A stretch of 64,000 nucleotides of DNA from Aulosira sp. ZfuVER01 (GCA_034530615.2 JAVRCV020000073.1:191027-255026), one strand, 5' to 3'; positions 20,214-30,408 are shown, numbered from the stretch's first letter. The notes: generated by a model from the sequence alone, not told the origin. Translations and numbers: made by a program.

Positions 20214-20360
20214 GTAGTGGGGACTGGGGACAAGGGAGTGTGGGGAGAGAGGGGAGTGTGGGGAGAAAGCAACCATACTTAGTTCTTCCCCATCTTCCCA
20301 CACCTCCCACACTTGTTGTTTGCCCAATCCCCAATGCCCAATCCCCAATACCCAATCCCC
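20214..20360. repeat. STRR heptamer and 9-mer tandem repeats in inverted arrangement
   Basis: GGGGACT, GTGTGGGGA and CCCCAAT units. Confidence 0.8.
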
Positions 20361-20361
20361 C

Positions 20362-21054
20362 ATGCCCAATAATGACTTCACCCATTTGTTGCAAGACTTA
20401 ATGCAGCAAGTGGGTATTTTGAGTTTTAGAGCGTTGAGTCGTGCTGCTGGCGTGTCAGAGCGTCAAATTTTGCGCTTGCGGCAGGGAAAAGTAGAGCAGA
20501 TGAGAGTGGATCTACTACTCAAGCTGTCGCAAGTGCTACAGATCAAATTGGATGAATTAGTCATAATTTTTTCAGGTATGAGTCCTGAAAGAAAATTAAA
20601 AACGGTAAAACTAGAAAAAGAGCAGCACTCAGTACTTAAAATGACTGAGCAAGAGTTATTACGACAAATTGCGGATTTACAAGCAGAGTATGAGCGATCG
20701 CAGCTAGCACTAGAACAGCAGCGAGAGGTTTTGCAGCAAGAGTTTCAGCAGATGAGTTTGCAACTTTTAGAATCTTTGTTATTGCAATGGCCCACAGCAG
20801 CACAGAAAGCCCAAGAAAATCCCCAGCTAGCAGCTATAAAAATAGTGCCGTTGGTGCAAAAACCCCTAGAAAAACTTTTACAAGGGTGGGGAGTAGAAGC
20901 GATCGCACCTGTAGGCGCAGAAATACCCTACGATCCTCAATGGCATCAATTAATGGAAGGCAATTTACAACCAGGCAATATAGTCAAGGTGCGTTATGCT
21001 GGCTATCGTCAAGGAGAGAAACTACTGTATCGAGCTAAAGTGAGTCCTATTTGA
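20362..21054 (+). CDS. XRE-type HTH + coiled coil + GrpE-like C-terminal domain protein
   Basis: HTH SFRALSRAAGVSERQILRLRQG; C-terminal PYDPQWHQ...VKVRYAGYRQGEKLLYRAKV. ATG at 20362 chosen because the upstream extension is STRR-derived. Confidence 0.75.
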   Translation: MPNNDFTHLLQDLMQQVGILSFRALSRAAGVSERQILRLRQGKVEQMRVDLLLKLSQVLQIKLDELVIIFSGMSPERKLKTVKLEKEQHSVLKMTEQELLRQIADLQAEYERSQLALEQQREVLQQEFQQMSLQLLESLLLQWPTAAQKAQENPQLAAIKIVPLVQKPLEKLLQGWGVEAIAPVGAEIPYDPQWHQLMEGNLQPGNIVKVRYAGYRQGEKLLYRAKVSPI

Positions 21055-21496
21055 GCAGGGAAACACTAGATCCAGCAATTTCTATCTGAGGTGTTAAAAA
21101 AAACCTAAAATGTGGGAACTCTATTAGTATGAAAGACTATCTCCTGCAAAGAGTTTTTCATCTAAAAACCCGATAAACAGGAATTTGGGCATGGACAGGA
21201 CTGACGCAAAACCTTTGTTAAACTGTGATTTCCACCTTGGGAAAGTTCTCTTAGCCTGTGGCAAGTTGCTCATAGATCCCTTTGCTCTTCATAGGAAATA
21301 CACAGGCACAAATTAGGAAAATTTCAGCTACACCAATCAGAACAAGACATAGAACTCGCTTTTCTCTAACTTCAGCAGACATGAAATCTGCTGCCAGTCA
21401 TTCATTAGATATAGCCAAATTAAATACAGCAGATTTTGTCTGGAAAGTATAGACACCTTGAGTTAGTAGGAAATAAAACTTTTTCTCTACTAAGAT

Positions 21497-21510
21497 GTAT
21501 TGTGCATTAC
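21497..21510. promoter_or_regulatory. Possible NtcA box
   Basis: GTA-ttgtgcat-TAC, 270 nt upstream of the STAS gene; only a weak -10 (CATACT) at N23. Confidence 0.3.
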
Positions 21511-21779
21511 TAAGGAGTGCTATATGTTGTTCTCATACTAAATTTCCATAGCTAACGATGGAGAGTTATTGCGCCGAGTTAATTGTTGATTATTTAATAA
21601 TTGGTAGTTATAGATTCAGATTTTGTTGATATTTATAATTCATAATTTATAACTTATCAGTTAGGATTAGGAGTTTATAACTTTACTTTATATGACTCTA
21701 GGATTTATCAAATGAATAATGATTGATATATAATACGTCATATTCAGAAAATCTTTTTTGACAAAATTTAAGGAATCTC

Positions 21780-22109
21780 ATGTCACAATCAGAAGTACAA
21801 GTTATTAAACTCAGTGGAATTATCAATTCAGCTACTTCCCAAGAATTACGTCAAAAACTCACTGAATTAATAGAAAAAGGCGCAAAAACTGTGTTAATTG
21901 ATTTTCAAGATGTGACGTTTATGGATAGTTCTGGGCTAGGAGCTTTAGTGTTAGGTTTCAAAACATTAAGAGCAGCAAATAGCAAGCTGGTACTTTGCTC
22001 GATTAATGAGCAAGTAAGGATATTATTTGAATTGACTAGTATGGATAAAGTATTTGAAATATTTCCAAGTCAAGATGAATTCTACCAAACAGTACTCTCA
22101 AAAGCTTAA
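21780..22109 (+). CDS. STAS-domain anti-sigma factor antagonist (RsbV/SpoIIAA-like)
   Basis: VTFMDSSGLGALV with the phosphorylatable Ser. Confidence 0.9.
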   Translation: MSQSEVQVIKLSGIINSATSQELRQKLTELIEKGAKTVLIDFQDVTFMDSSGLGALVLGFKTLRAANSKLVLCSINEQVRILFELTSMDKVFEIFPSQDEFYQTVLSKA

Positions 22110-23246
22110 TTAATTGAATTTAATTTCAAGAATGGATAAATCATCCTCAAAAGCTTCTTGAAAATTCAAAGCCATGAGATAGTTTAAGATTTGGTCAAGA
22201 TGGGAATCTACTTTAGTTTGTACACTAATGAGTAGCTGAATAAATGCATCTAAGCTCCAAAGTGTTCCGTCTGATTTAGTAATTTCATAAGCGCCATCAC
22301 TGAAAATATAAAGAGTACTGGATGTTTTAATATTGCAAAACCCATCAATATATTTTGCTTCGGGAAACATCCCAACTGGTATGCCAGGGGTTCTCAAAAT
22401 TTCAACTTCAGTATTCTTTAAACGTTCACCAGATAACAATATTGCTGGCGGATGTCCAGCACTAGCGTAAATTAACTCTCGCTTAACTTTGTTATACACT
22501 CCATACCAGATAGTAAAGTATTTATCATTTTGATAATTAATCTGGAAGGTGTCATTTAAAGCTTTCAAGACATCGCTTGGTTGATAGTAATTGAGATTGC
22601 CAAGAGCACGCGATCGCAGTAAATTTAATACCGAAATTGAAGGAAGAGTAGCTTTAAGTCCGTGTCCGGCAGTATCTAATAGGTAAATTGCTAAACAATC
22701 TTTATCCAGCCAGTAGTAATCAAAACAGTCGCCACCAAGTTGACGTGAGGGAAAAAATCGGTAATTGATACTCAAGGGTTCGGTAATAGGAAGAGGTAGA
22801 AGCGATCGCACATATTCTGCGGCTTCTGCCAATTCAGCTTCTAAAAGCTGCTTTTGAATTTGTAAATCCCGACTTAAAATATGTAGACGCAATCCTGCTC
22901 TTACCCGTGCTTGTAATTCGTTCTGTTCAATAGGTTTAGAGATAAAATCGTCTGCACCAGCATCCAAACCCTTGACGCGATCGGCAACTGAATCCAAAGA
23001 AGTTAATAAAATAAAGAAGATAGTAGACAATTTAGGATCTGTTTTAATCCGATGGCAGACTTCTAAACCATTCAAACCGGGCATAATCCAATCACAAATA
23101 ATTAGTGCCGGATGACAAGCTAGAATCTGGCTAATTCCTTCCTCACCATTAGTAGCAGTGACTACTTGATAACCCTGTTTTTCTAACATCCTTTTTAGGA
23201 GTATTAATATGGAACTATCATCATCAATTACTAAGATTTTAAACAT
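22110..23246 (-). CDS. Receiver + SpoIIE/RsbU-type PP2C phosphatase
   Basis: Motifs ICDWIMP, GGDCFDY, LDTAGHG, ASAGHPP, FSDGAYE, EDDLSI; ATG at 23246. Confidence 0.9.
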   Translation of the reverse strand: MFKILVIDDDSSILILLKRMLEKQGYQVVTATNGEEGISQILACHPALIICDWIMPGLNGLEVCHRIKTDPKLSTIFFILLTSLDSVADRVKGLDAGADDFISKPIEQNELQARVRAGLRLHILSRDLQIQKQLLEAELAEAAEYVRSLLPLPITEPLSINYRFFPSRQLGGDCFDYYWLDKDCLAIYLLDTAGHGLKATLPSISVLNLLRSRALGNLNYYQPSDVLKALNDTFQINYQNDKYFTIWYGVYNKVKRELIYASAGHPPAILLSGERLKNTEVEILRTPGIPVGMFPEAKYIDGFCNIKTSSTLYIFSDGAYEITKSDGTLWSLDAFIQLLISVQTKVDSHLDQILNYLMALNFQEAFEDDLSILEIKFN

Positions 23247-23353
23247 AGGGAACAGCAAGGAAAACTGATTAGGTTCGATACCCTCAAGGCTATCGCTACA
23301 CGTACAAAGTTTGTCTACGCAGGCTTTGTTGGTATAACCCCACTCTGCCAGCT

Positions 23354-23447
23354 ACAGTGTACACACAAGTCCTATTGTCCTCAGGCTTGGAGCCAGAGGG
23401 GCTTCAACGCACAGGTTGGGAATTTTTCTGACTTGTGTATACACCGT
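23354..23447. mobile_element. MITE-like element with 18-nt imperfect TIRs
   Basis: ACAGTGTACACACAAGTC ... GACTTGTGTATACACCGT. Confidence 0.7.
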
Positions 23448-23510
23448 CTGCTCTTTCAGAGAGGGCGTAATATTTTCAAAACTTTATTCCTGTTTAATAG
23501 CCATAAAATA

Positions 23511-24305
23511 TTATGGCTTTGAAAGAGGATTCAGCCACAAGAGCATAGCAGTTTTAAGTTGGTTCAAGTCACGATATGCTTCTTGCTTAAACCATTGCCC
23601 TAATGCATCAAAAGGAGTAAAAGATGCTCCGGTTTGCCATTTAATATCTTGGCCTAAAGGTGTAGTATGCGTTCCTGGCAAGGTTTGTACCGTCACCATC
23701 TCTGGAAAGCGTTCTTGTAAGATTTGGCTTAGAGCTTTTGATTGGTCAAGGGTATCATTGCTAAATCTTATCAATAAGTTGCGACGGACATTGTAGCGTT
23801 CTTGCACCAGCTTGTTAGTTTCCAATGGGGTAGGGGTAAACTCAATTGCTAAAGCAGAATTTAACTGTTCTACTAAGGGAATAGCATCTCTAGCAGCGTA
23901 GTTGTTGAAAGATATAAGAATATTACCTGCACGTTCTACGTCAAAGACACTACCAATTAATAAATGGAGTTTGCAACCCATGCTGTGTCCTACACCGTAG
24001 ACAGGAAGGTAGAGCTTGCGTAATGCTGAAGAGTCATGTAGACGCTCTAAAGTGCGCTCAAAGTTTAGCAGTACAGATTTAGCGATCGCAACATGATCCA
24101 GGGTATTCACAAAAGGGGTGGCAATCACAACATACCCTTTAGTTGCCAGTTGCTCGAGTACCCAACGGTAAGTTAGGTGAGGTGCAGTAGCCACGAATGC
24201 ACCTCCTAAGAAATGGATGATACCGATGGGATTTCGGGGAATCAGTACCCAGTTACCGCGAATTTCTTTCCAGTCCATGCCGATAGGCGATCGCTTAATT
24301 AACAC
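23511..24305 (-). CDS. DUF1350 family alpha/beta hydrolase
   Basis: Motifs HFLGGAF, GHSMG nucleophile elbow, GTHTTP; the true start is probably the internal MDWKEI. Confidence 0.8.
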   Translation of the reverse strand: MLIKRSPIGMDWKEIRGNWVLIPRNPIGIIHFLGGAFVATAPHLTYRWVLEQLATKGYVVIATPFVNTLDHVAIAKSVLLNFERTLERLHDSSALRKLYLPVYGVGHSMGCKLHLLIGSVFDVERAGNILISFNNYAARDAIPLVEQLNSALAIEFTPTPLETNKLVQERYNVRRNLLIRFSNDTLDQSKALSQILQERFPEMVTVQTLPGTHTTPLGQDIKWQTGASFTPFDALGQWFKQEAYRDLNQLKTAMLLWLNPLSKP

Positions 24306-24347
24306 ATCTTTATGTTAGACCAGCGATCGCAGTCCTGGAATACTTTA

Positions 24348-25139
24348 TTAAGACTGACTCTGTAACCTTTTCATTTCGTGCTGTACATCTAAGGCAATCT
24401 GTAATGCTTCATTGAGTATACGTCCATGCTCAGTCGCCTGTTCGGTAACTTGCATTGCTGTTAAATTTGCTAAATTATTGTCAAAGAATTCGCTATTACT
24501 GATAATAAAGTTTTTATTTTCTCTCAAAATCTTTTCTGTTTTTAAAGCACGTACCAAATCATTTCTAGTAAGTTTAAGTGCTTCAATAACTCTTTGTCTT
24601 TCACGAATACTCACACCTGCGTTTCCAGCATCTTCTATTTGATCGTTAATATCTATGGCTTTAATAATGGCATTATATCTATCAACATCGTTTAATAGAA
24701 TTCGCAAAGAATGTGTCAGATTTGCTTTGAGAATTTTACTGCGTTTTTTCCAAACTAAATATAAACCTATTTGTGTAACTCCCCCAACCCATAAGCCTAA
24801 AACCATCAATACTAGCCAAGATGGAACTGTTAGCCATAAATCAAATAGCTTGATAATAAAATCAAATATTAGATAAGCGGCAACCAAGATAGAAAAACTG
24901 ATAAAAACTACGGTAGCGCCTTCAGTTCCTTTAATTTTTTCTATAACTTGCTTTACAAATCGCCCTAGAGGATTAATGATATTTACGAGTTCATCTTTAA
25001 CAGGTAGATTAGTCAGGTTTTGTAGCTCTTTGGGACTAATCTCCAACCCTTGTAAATCATCCCGCACAGTTTTCCCCACCTCACTAGAATAGTTATTTAG
25101 TACAATATAGCAATCTAATTTCTGGAATGCTAATAGCAA
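24348..25139 (-). CDS. Hypothetical membrane protein (two TM helices + coiled coil)
   Basis: Long ORF with two hydrophobic helices; start uncertain. Confidence 0.7.
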   Translation of the reverse strand: MLLAFQKLDCYIVLNNYSSEVGKTVRDDLQGLEISPKELQNLTNLPVKDELVNIINPLGRFVKQVIEKIKGTEGATVVFISFSILVAAYLIFDFIIKLFDLWLTVPSWLVLMVLGLWVGGVTQIGLYLVWKKRSKILKANLTHSLRILLNDVDRYNAIIKAIDINDQIEDAGNAGVSIRERQRVIEALKLTRNDLVRALKTEKILRENKNFIISNSEFFDNNLANLTAMQVTEQATEHGRILNEALQIALDVQHEMKRLQSQS

Positions 25140-26289
25140 AAAGCGTTTTGTGGAAAATTTATAAGAATTGATTTTTGTACGTTAAGATACTCTTTTTTTA
25201 AGTAGTTGCTTATACCTTAATAATAGGCGTAAGCCAACCGATTAAGTAATATATCGACACAAAGTATATTCAAACTGAAATTAGATTTATATAGAAATAT
25301 CAATTTTAAAAATGATGGTAACAGATGAGTTTACATAACCCAAACGCAGAAACATTTCCCAATCCAAAATCAGTATTGAAGAGTTCAGATGCCTGCGGCA
25401 AGACGCTACTCTACGAGAACGACTTCGTCGAACGCGTCTACGCCGGAAGCAGGCGCTCTGACTTTTCGCAAAATCCAAAATTGTATAATCTCCAATCTTG
25501 CTAAATAAATGACTCTAGAATCTGAAATTTAGCTTTACAAGTTACAGCCAATCAGAACGCCCGCTGTTGTTAATGTTTTAACTTGCCAGCACCAGGAGTC
25601 ATGAGTGGTTGCTAATTTAAGGTATCCCTTGTCAGAGGGTTATGCCTTTCCATTGTAACCAGCCAACTGCCTAGGAGCAATGCTTACTGTTAACTACACT
25701 TAATAATTAATATCGTTAGCACAAAATTGCTATGGAATAAATTGTCATCAAGAAATCGGAATAAATGTACGATATTGATTAAAGGATTAACAGTATTAAA
25801 AAATAGTACGCTCATAAATTAATATCTCGTTTCAGGAGGAATGTAGTGCCATAACTTAGCTAATAGCCAGAATTTGTTAGTCAATGTAGCAACGAATGTA
25901 TAATTTCCCAGAAAAGACTGAAGTAATTTGAAACTAGTATGAATTTTCTGTTCCATCTAAATGTCACTAGTAATATTTATTTTAGTTACTAAATCTCTAA
26001 ATTCTGAATTTTACAATATAGAATAAGATGCGTGAAATTAACAGTTTGTTTCCCTAAATCAAGCTAAATGTAAGTACTACAATTGATGCACCTTCAGAAA
26101 ATCCGCGATGGCTTCGCCAAAGCCTTCTCTGCGAGATGCTACGCATAGCTTGCTCCCCCATAGGGTTACGGCTAACGCACTCCACAATTACTGAGGTGAA
26201 CGATGATTAAGATTGACGTTGCATCTGGCAGCTTATTTTTATCTGTACTCATGGTATGGATGCACGTCATGAGTGAAATCAAAAAAACC

Positions 26290-26450
26290 CTAGTACCGCT
26301 GCCGAGTAAGTCAAAAGGAGTAGTGCTTTGGGAAACTACTGCGTTGGACATGGTTCCCGACTTGTTCGCTGTACTGCCAAGCAGAACCCTTTCACCGTTA
26401 GGCGTTCTCGTTCTCTCAAATAAGGTTGCCGCAGGGTAGCAACTGCTGTC
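26290..26450 (+). mobile_element. Composite/nested small dispersed repeat (relative at 51075-51255)
   Basis: 31-nt CTAGTACCGCTGCCGAGTAAGTCAAAAGGAG is identical to the 51.2 kb copy; further shared blocks CCGACTTGTTCGCTG and CCGCAGGGTAG. Confidence 0.75.
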
Positions 26451-26729
26451 ACATGACGTTCCAAAAACCTTTATTCGAGGCTTTTGTACTGTTTTCTAAA
26501 AGCAAAGGATGAGACCAGACTGGGAAAAAGAAGTCACAAGGAAGATTATTCAACCCAAGTCATGGGATCTTGATTTAGATTGTACTGTTCTATTAGTAAG
26601 GCAACTTCCAGAAATAATTACTCAAAATCATATATCAAATACATTTAATCTGGGGTTTGTTGTTCAATAAGATCTATCAACGCTGGTACATATGTAAAGA
26701 TTAAAGTGAGGACTTAGACGAGTCATACT

Positions 26730-28115
26730 ATGTTAGGAAGTTTACTAGACGGGCGTTATCAAGTCCTCCAAGTCCTCGGAGGAGGAGGATTTGGTCAAAC
26801 ATATATTGCCCAAGACACTCACCGACCAGGTTCTCCCAGGTGTGTTGTCAAGCATCTCAAACCCTTCACTCAAAACCCTGAATTCCTCTCAACCGCCAGA
26901 CGATTATTTACCAGCGAGGCAGAAACACTCGAAAAATTGGGTCATCATGACCAAATTCCTCGGCTTTTAGCGTACTTTGAAGAAAATCAAGAGTTCTTCT
27001 TGGTGCAAGAATTCATTCAAGGATATTCGCTGAAAGTAGAATTATTACCTGGTAGACGGTGGACAGAAGAACAAGTTGTTCAACTACTTCACCAAGTATT
27101 GAGTATCTTGGAATTTGTTCACAGCCACAAAGTTATCCATAGAGATATCAAACCGGACAATATTATTAGACGACAAAATGACTGCAAGTTAGTATTGATT
27201 GATTTTGGTGCAGTCAAGCAAATTCAAACTCAACTAAGAACAGCTATTTCAGGGCACATAGAAACTACTATTGCTATTGGCACCCCTGGATATATGGCTA
27301 CAGAACAGGGACAAGGCAAACCCCGTCCCAACAGTGATATTTATTCTTTAGGCATTATTGCTATTCAAGCATTGACCGGGTTGCATCCTAGACAACTTCA
27401 GGAAGACCCCAATACAGGAGAAATTTGCTGGCAAAATGAAGCTAACGTTAGCCCTTGTTTAGCATCTGTGCTGTCCAAGATGGTGCTATACCATTTTAAA
27501 GAACGCTACCAATCTGCTACAGAAGTATTAGAGGCATTACGAAGTATTGATATTGATACTGAAGTAGAAAATCAATTTACTCAACCTCCAATATCTGCGA
27601 TTGAGTTACCCCAAGCTTCATTCCCCCAACAGAATACAGCAGGCCAGTCAACAGCTTCTATCCTGAATCCAGAACAGTATAAGCATTTAGAAAAGATGCT
27701 CTTGGAACTAGTAGGGCCTTTAGCACCAACTTTATTAAGGAAAATAGCAGCATCAGCCAGCAGTTACGAAGACGTAATAGACAATTTGACACAGCATCTT
27801 GCAGGAAACCAAAAAACTGAGTTTCAGGAGAAGTCTAGGTTAATTCTTCGGGAAACTACTAGCCAATCTGAATCTAAACAAAATATTCAACCAAATAAAG
27901 AAACCCCAGCCATTAATAATAGCTTTGTACGTCGATGCGAACAAGAATTAGTGGATCTAATTGGGCCAATAGGCACATTCTTAGTTCAAAAAGCAATCAA
28001 ATCTTTTCCGCAAATTTCTCATCCAGAACTTGTCAAACTGTTGTCATCACAAATTCCCGATCCGCAAAAAGCCATGCAATTTCAGCAGCGTCTAATTTCT
28101 GAGAGTGGCAAATGA
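26730..28115 (+). CDS. Cytoplasmic Hanks-type Ser/Thr kinase with duplicated C-terminal helical domain
   Basis: Motifs GGGGFG, VVKHL, HRDIKPDN, DFG, GTPGYMATE; two C-terminal L(V/I)GP(L/I) repeats; no TM segment. Confidence 0.92.
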   Translation: MLGSLLDGRYQVLQVLGGGGFGQTYIAQDTHRPGSPRCVVKHLKPFTQNPEFLSTARRLFTSEAETLEKLGHHDQIPRLLAYFEENQEFFLVQEFIQGYSLKVELLPGRRWTEEQVVQLLHQVLSILEFVHSHKVIHRDIKPDNIIRRQNDCKLVLIDFGAVKQIQTQLRTAISGHIETTIAIGTPGYMATEQGQGKPRPNSDIYSLGIIAIQALTGLHPRQLQEDPNTGEICWQNEANVSPCLASVLSKMVLYHFKERYQSATEVLEALRSIDIDTEVENQFTQPPISAIELPQASFPQQNTAGQSTASILNPEQYKHLEKMLLELVGPLAPTLLRKIAASASSYEDVIDNLTQHLAGNQKTEFQEKSRLILRETTSQSESKQNIQPNKETPAINNSFVRRCEQELVDLIGPIGTFLVQKAIKSFPQISHPELVKLLSSQIPDPQKAMQFQQRLISESGK

Positions 28116-28123
28116 TTTAATAT

Positions 28124-29035
28124 TTACTGACCTTGCTGATTCAACATATCCATAGCTATTCTTAAACTATACTTCATTCGATTAAAGGCTGCTGCCAAGC
28201 CACCAATCTCATCTTTATTATCATCATGAAAGTTAGCTTCCATATCTCCTGTACTGACTTGTTGAGCTATTTTTTCTATTCTCTTAATGCGGTCAATTAC
28301 AGTTTTCTTGATTAAGAAGTTGATTAAAATAACTACAACCGCAAAGATAGCAATTAATAGCCCCATAATCAAAATCCAAGTTTTTTGGGCGCTATTAAAC
28401 ACTTCTTCTGAAGGAACGGAGATAATTTGGGCAGCAACAATCTCATTGAGTTTCCAGCCGAAACCATTGTTTGAGCCATAAGTTGTTAACTGGCTTTTAG
28501 GAGCTTGATCTGGGGTGGAATGACAGCGCAGACATTTCTCCTGTTTAATAGCCAAGGGTCGGGCAATATAAAATACTTTTCCTTCAGGAACATCACGAAA
28601 ATCGGCAATTTCTTGAAGCTTGGAATTATTACGGAATCGCTCCACAATTTGACTTTCAAAACTATCAGCTTTATCCCTTAAGTTTGTAGGGTTCAGTGTA
28701 GCTTCTTTGTAAAGGTAATTTTTATATACATCATTCTTGCGTAAGTTCTCAAACACTTCTGTCGCAGAGAAGGCTGGAATTGCTTCTGGGATAAATACTG
28801 GTTCGCTTTCTAACTGAGGTGCTAGTCGGGGATTTACGTTATCTTGTGTATATTTTCGTACTGAGTTCATAGTTTGAATCAGAATCAGTGCTTTGTCAGC
28901 TACTTCATTTTGCGCTCTCCCCTGAAGTACACTTGATAATGCAGTGCCACTGATTACAATGCTAATGATGAAAACTACGATCAAAAGCAAGTTAAACTTA
29001 GTACCAATTTTAAACTCTTTTAACTTTTTAAGCAT
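28124..29035 (-). CDS. Membrane sensor: periplasmic c-type heme domain (DUF3365/Tll0287-like) + HAMP, with no output domain
   Basis: TM, NPTNLRDKADSFE, CLRCH (CxxCH), TM, then HAMP DEIGGLAAAFNRM and the stop. Confidence 0.85.
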   Translation of the reverse strand: MLKKLKEFKIGTKFNLLLIVVFIISIVISGTALSSVLQGRAQNEVADKALILIQTMNSVRKYTQDNVNPRLAPQLESEPVFIPEAIPAFSATEVFENLRKNDVYKNYLYKEATLNPTNLRDKADSFESQIVERFRNNSKLQEIADFRDVPEGKVFYIARPLAIKQEKCLRCHSTPDQAPKSQLTTYGSNNGFGWKLNEIVAAQIISVPSEEVFNSAQKTWILIMGLLIAIFAVVVILINFLIKKTVIDRIKRIEKIAQQVSTGDMEANFHDDNKDEIGGLAAAFNRMKYSLRIAMDMLNQQGQ

Positions 29036-29220
29036 AATTCTTATCTCTAGACAAAACTTTACAGACGATTGTGAAAACTTAACCTAGCTAATTTTATTTA
29101 TAGCTGGTTTGTAGCAGATACTTCAAAAGTAAACAAATATTAATTTAATAGTTCGATATTAATCGTCTTTACCATATTTAAGCATAAGATCCAGATAATT
29201 TTAGATAAATAAAATTACTG

Positions 29221-30081
29221 ATGTCTTGGAAATTATCTCGTCGTTTTTTTCTGTTACAAATGCTGTTTTGGGCGGTGAATGGATGCCAACCAAAAGCTCA
29301 GTTTGATGGTGACTTAACTATCGGTACTATTAGCTATGGTGGCGGAGAAGACATAATTACCCAATACGCAAAATTCAATCGCTACTTAGCTGAAAAAACC
29401 AAATCTCACGTTAGGCTAGAGCCTGCTTTTAATGAAAATAAAGCAATTGAGCGGCTGGAAGCGCGGGCTTGGTCTTTAGTATTTGCACCGCCAGGTTTAG
29501 CCGCAATTGCGATCGCTCGCTATCAATACGTTCCACTTTTTCCTTTAGTGGGTGTGAGTAATTTGCGCTCAATTTTCGTAGTGCGCAAAGATAGCCCAAT
29601 CTTGGAATTAAAACAGCTACAAGGCCAAACAGTTGCTTTAGGTCAAGCAGGTTCAGCAACAGGATATTATTTCCCACTCTTCAATCTTTTTGGTCTAACA
29701 CTAGCAGAAATTATTTCTGCACCTACACCCAAAACAGTAATGGAGTGGGTAGCTGTAGGTAAAGCTACTGCTGGTGCTGTCTCGATCGCGGAATTTAATC
29801 TTTACAGTTCCCAGTTACAGCAGACCCAATTTCGCATACTCTACACAGACCCACACTATGTACCAGCAGGTGTAGTTTTGATTGGGCCGAATATCGAACG
29901 GAACCGTCAAGAGTACATTCGCAAAGTCATGAGTGATTTTCCTTCAGGTTTAGCTCAAGAAGTGGGGTATGTAACCAATGGAAAAATACCAGATTATCAA
30001 TACATGATTTCTGTTGTTGAGCGAGTGAAATTGATTGCTCCCCAAATACAAACCAAACCTGTACGGCTATTTGTTACTTGA
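29221..30081 (+). CDS. PhnD-like (phosphate/phosphonate-type) substrate-binding lipoprotein
   Basis: SRRFFL twin-Arg, VNGC lipobox, SIFVVRKDSPI, ALGQAGSATGYYFP. Confidence 0.8.
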   Translation: MSWKLSRRFFLLQMLFWAVNGCQPKAQFDGDLTIGTISYGGGEDIITQYAKFNRYLAEKTKSHVRLEPAFNENKAIERLEARAWSLVFAPPGLAAIAIARYQYVPLFPLVGVSNLRSIFVVRKDSPILELKQLQGQTVALGQAGSATGYYFPLFNLFGLTLAEIISAPTPKTVMEWVAVGKATAGAVSIAEFNLYSSQLQQTQFRILYTDPHYVPAGVVLIGPNIERNRQEYIRKVMSDFPSGLAQEVGYVTNGKIPDYQYMISVVERVKLIAPQIQTKPVRLFVT

Positions 30082-30389
30082 TTGATCAGTAGCCATTGTC
30101 GAGCTAATTAGTTCCAAATTAAACTCCATATTCCGTATATTCTGTTGCAGAATCTTTCTGTCATCAGAATAAACGCCAATTAATTAAGAATATTTCTTGA
30201 TAATTATTTGAGTAATTATCTTTTTGCTATAAAATCTCAATATTTTGAACTCTTGCCAAAGAGCTTGACTACCAGTATGAGGCATTTGAGCCTTACTGCA
30301 AAGGTGTTTTCGCATTATAAACCGAATCAAGCCTGTCTGTTAACTTAAAATAAGTTATTAAATTCTACTGAATATTTTAGCAGCTAGTT

Positions 30390-30408
30390 GATAAGAACTT
30401 GCATTATA
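30390..30408. promoter_or_regulatory. Candidate Fur box
   Basis: GATAAGAACTTGCATTATA matches GATAATGATAATCATTATC at 12/19; upstream of the iron operon. Confidence 0.5.

Noticed and set aside
19980..20394. Minus-strand ORFs with GIGHW/GDW repeats
   Set aside because: They are translations of STRR repeats antisense to dps.
26203..26439. 78-aa ORF similar to 51103-51291 (LVPLPSKSKG)
   Set aside because: The similarity comes from the shared non-coding repeat, not from a protein family.
26685..26698. LexA box GGTACATATGTAAA before the kinase
   Set aside because: It mismatches the RGTACNNNDGTWCB consensus and has no supporting context.
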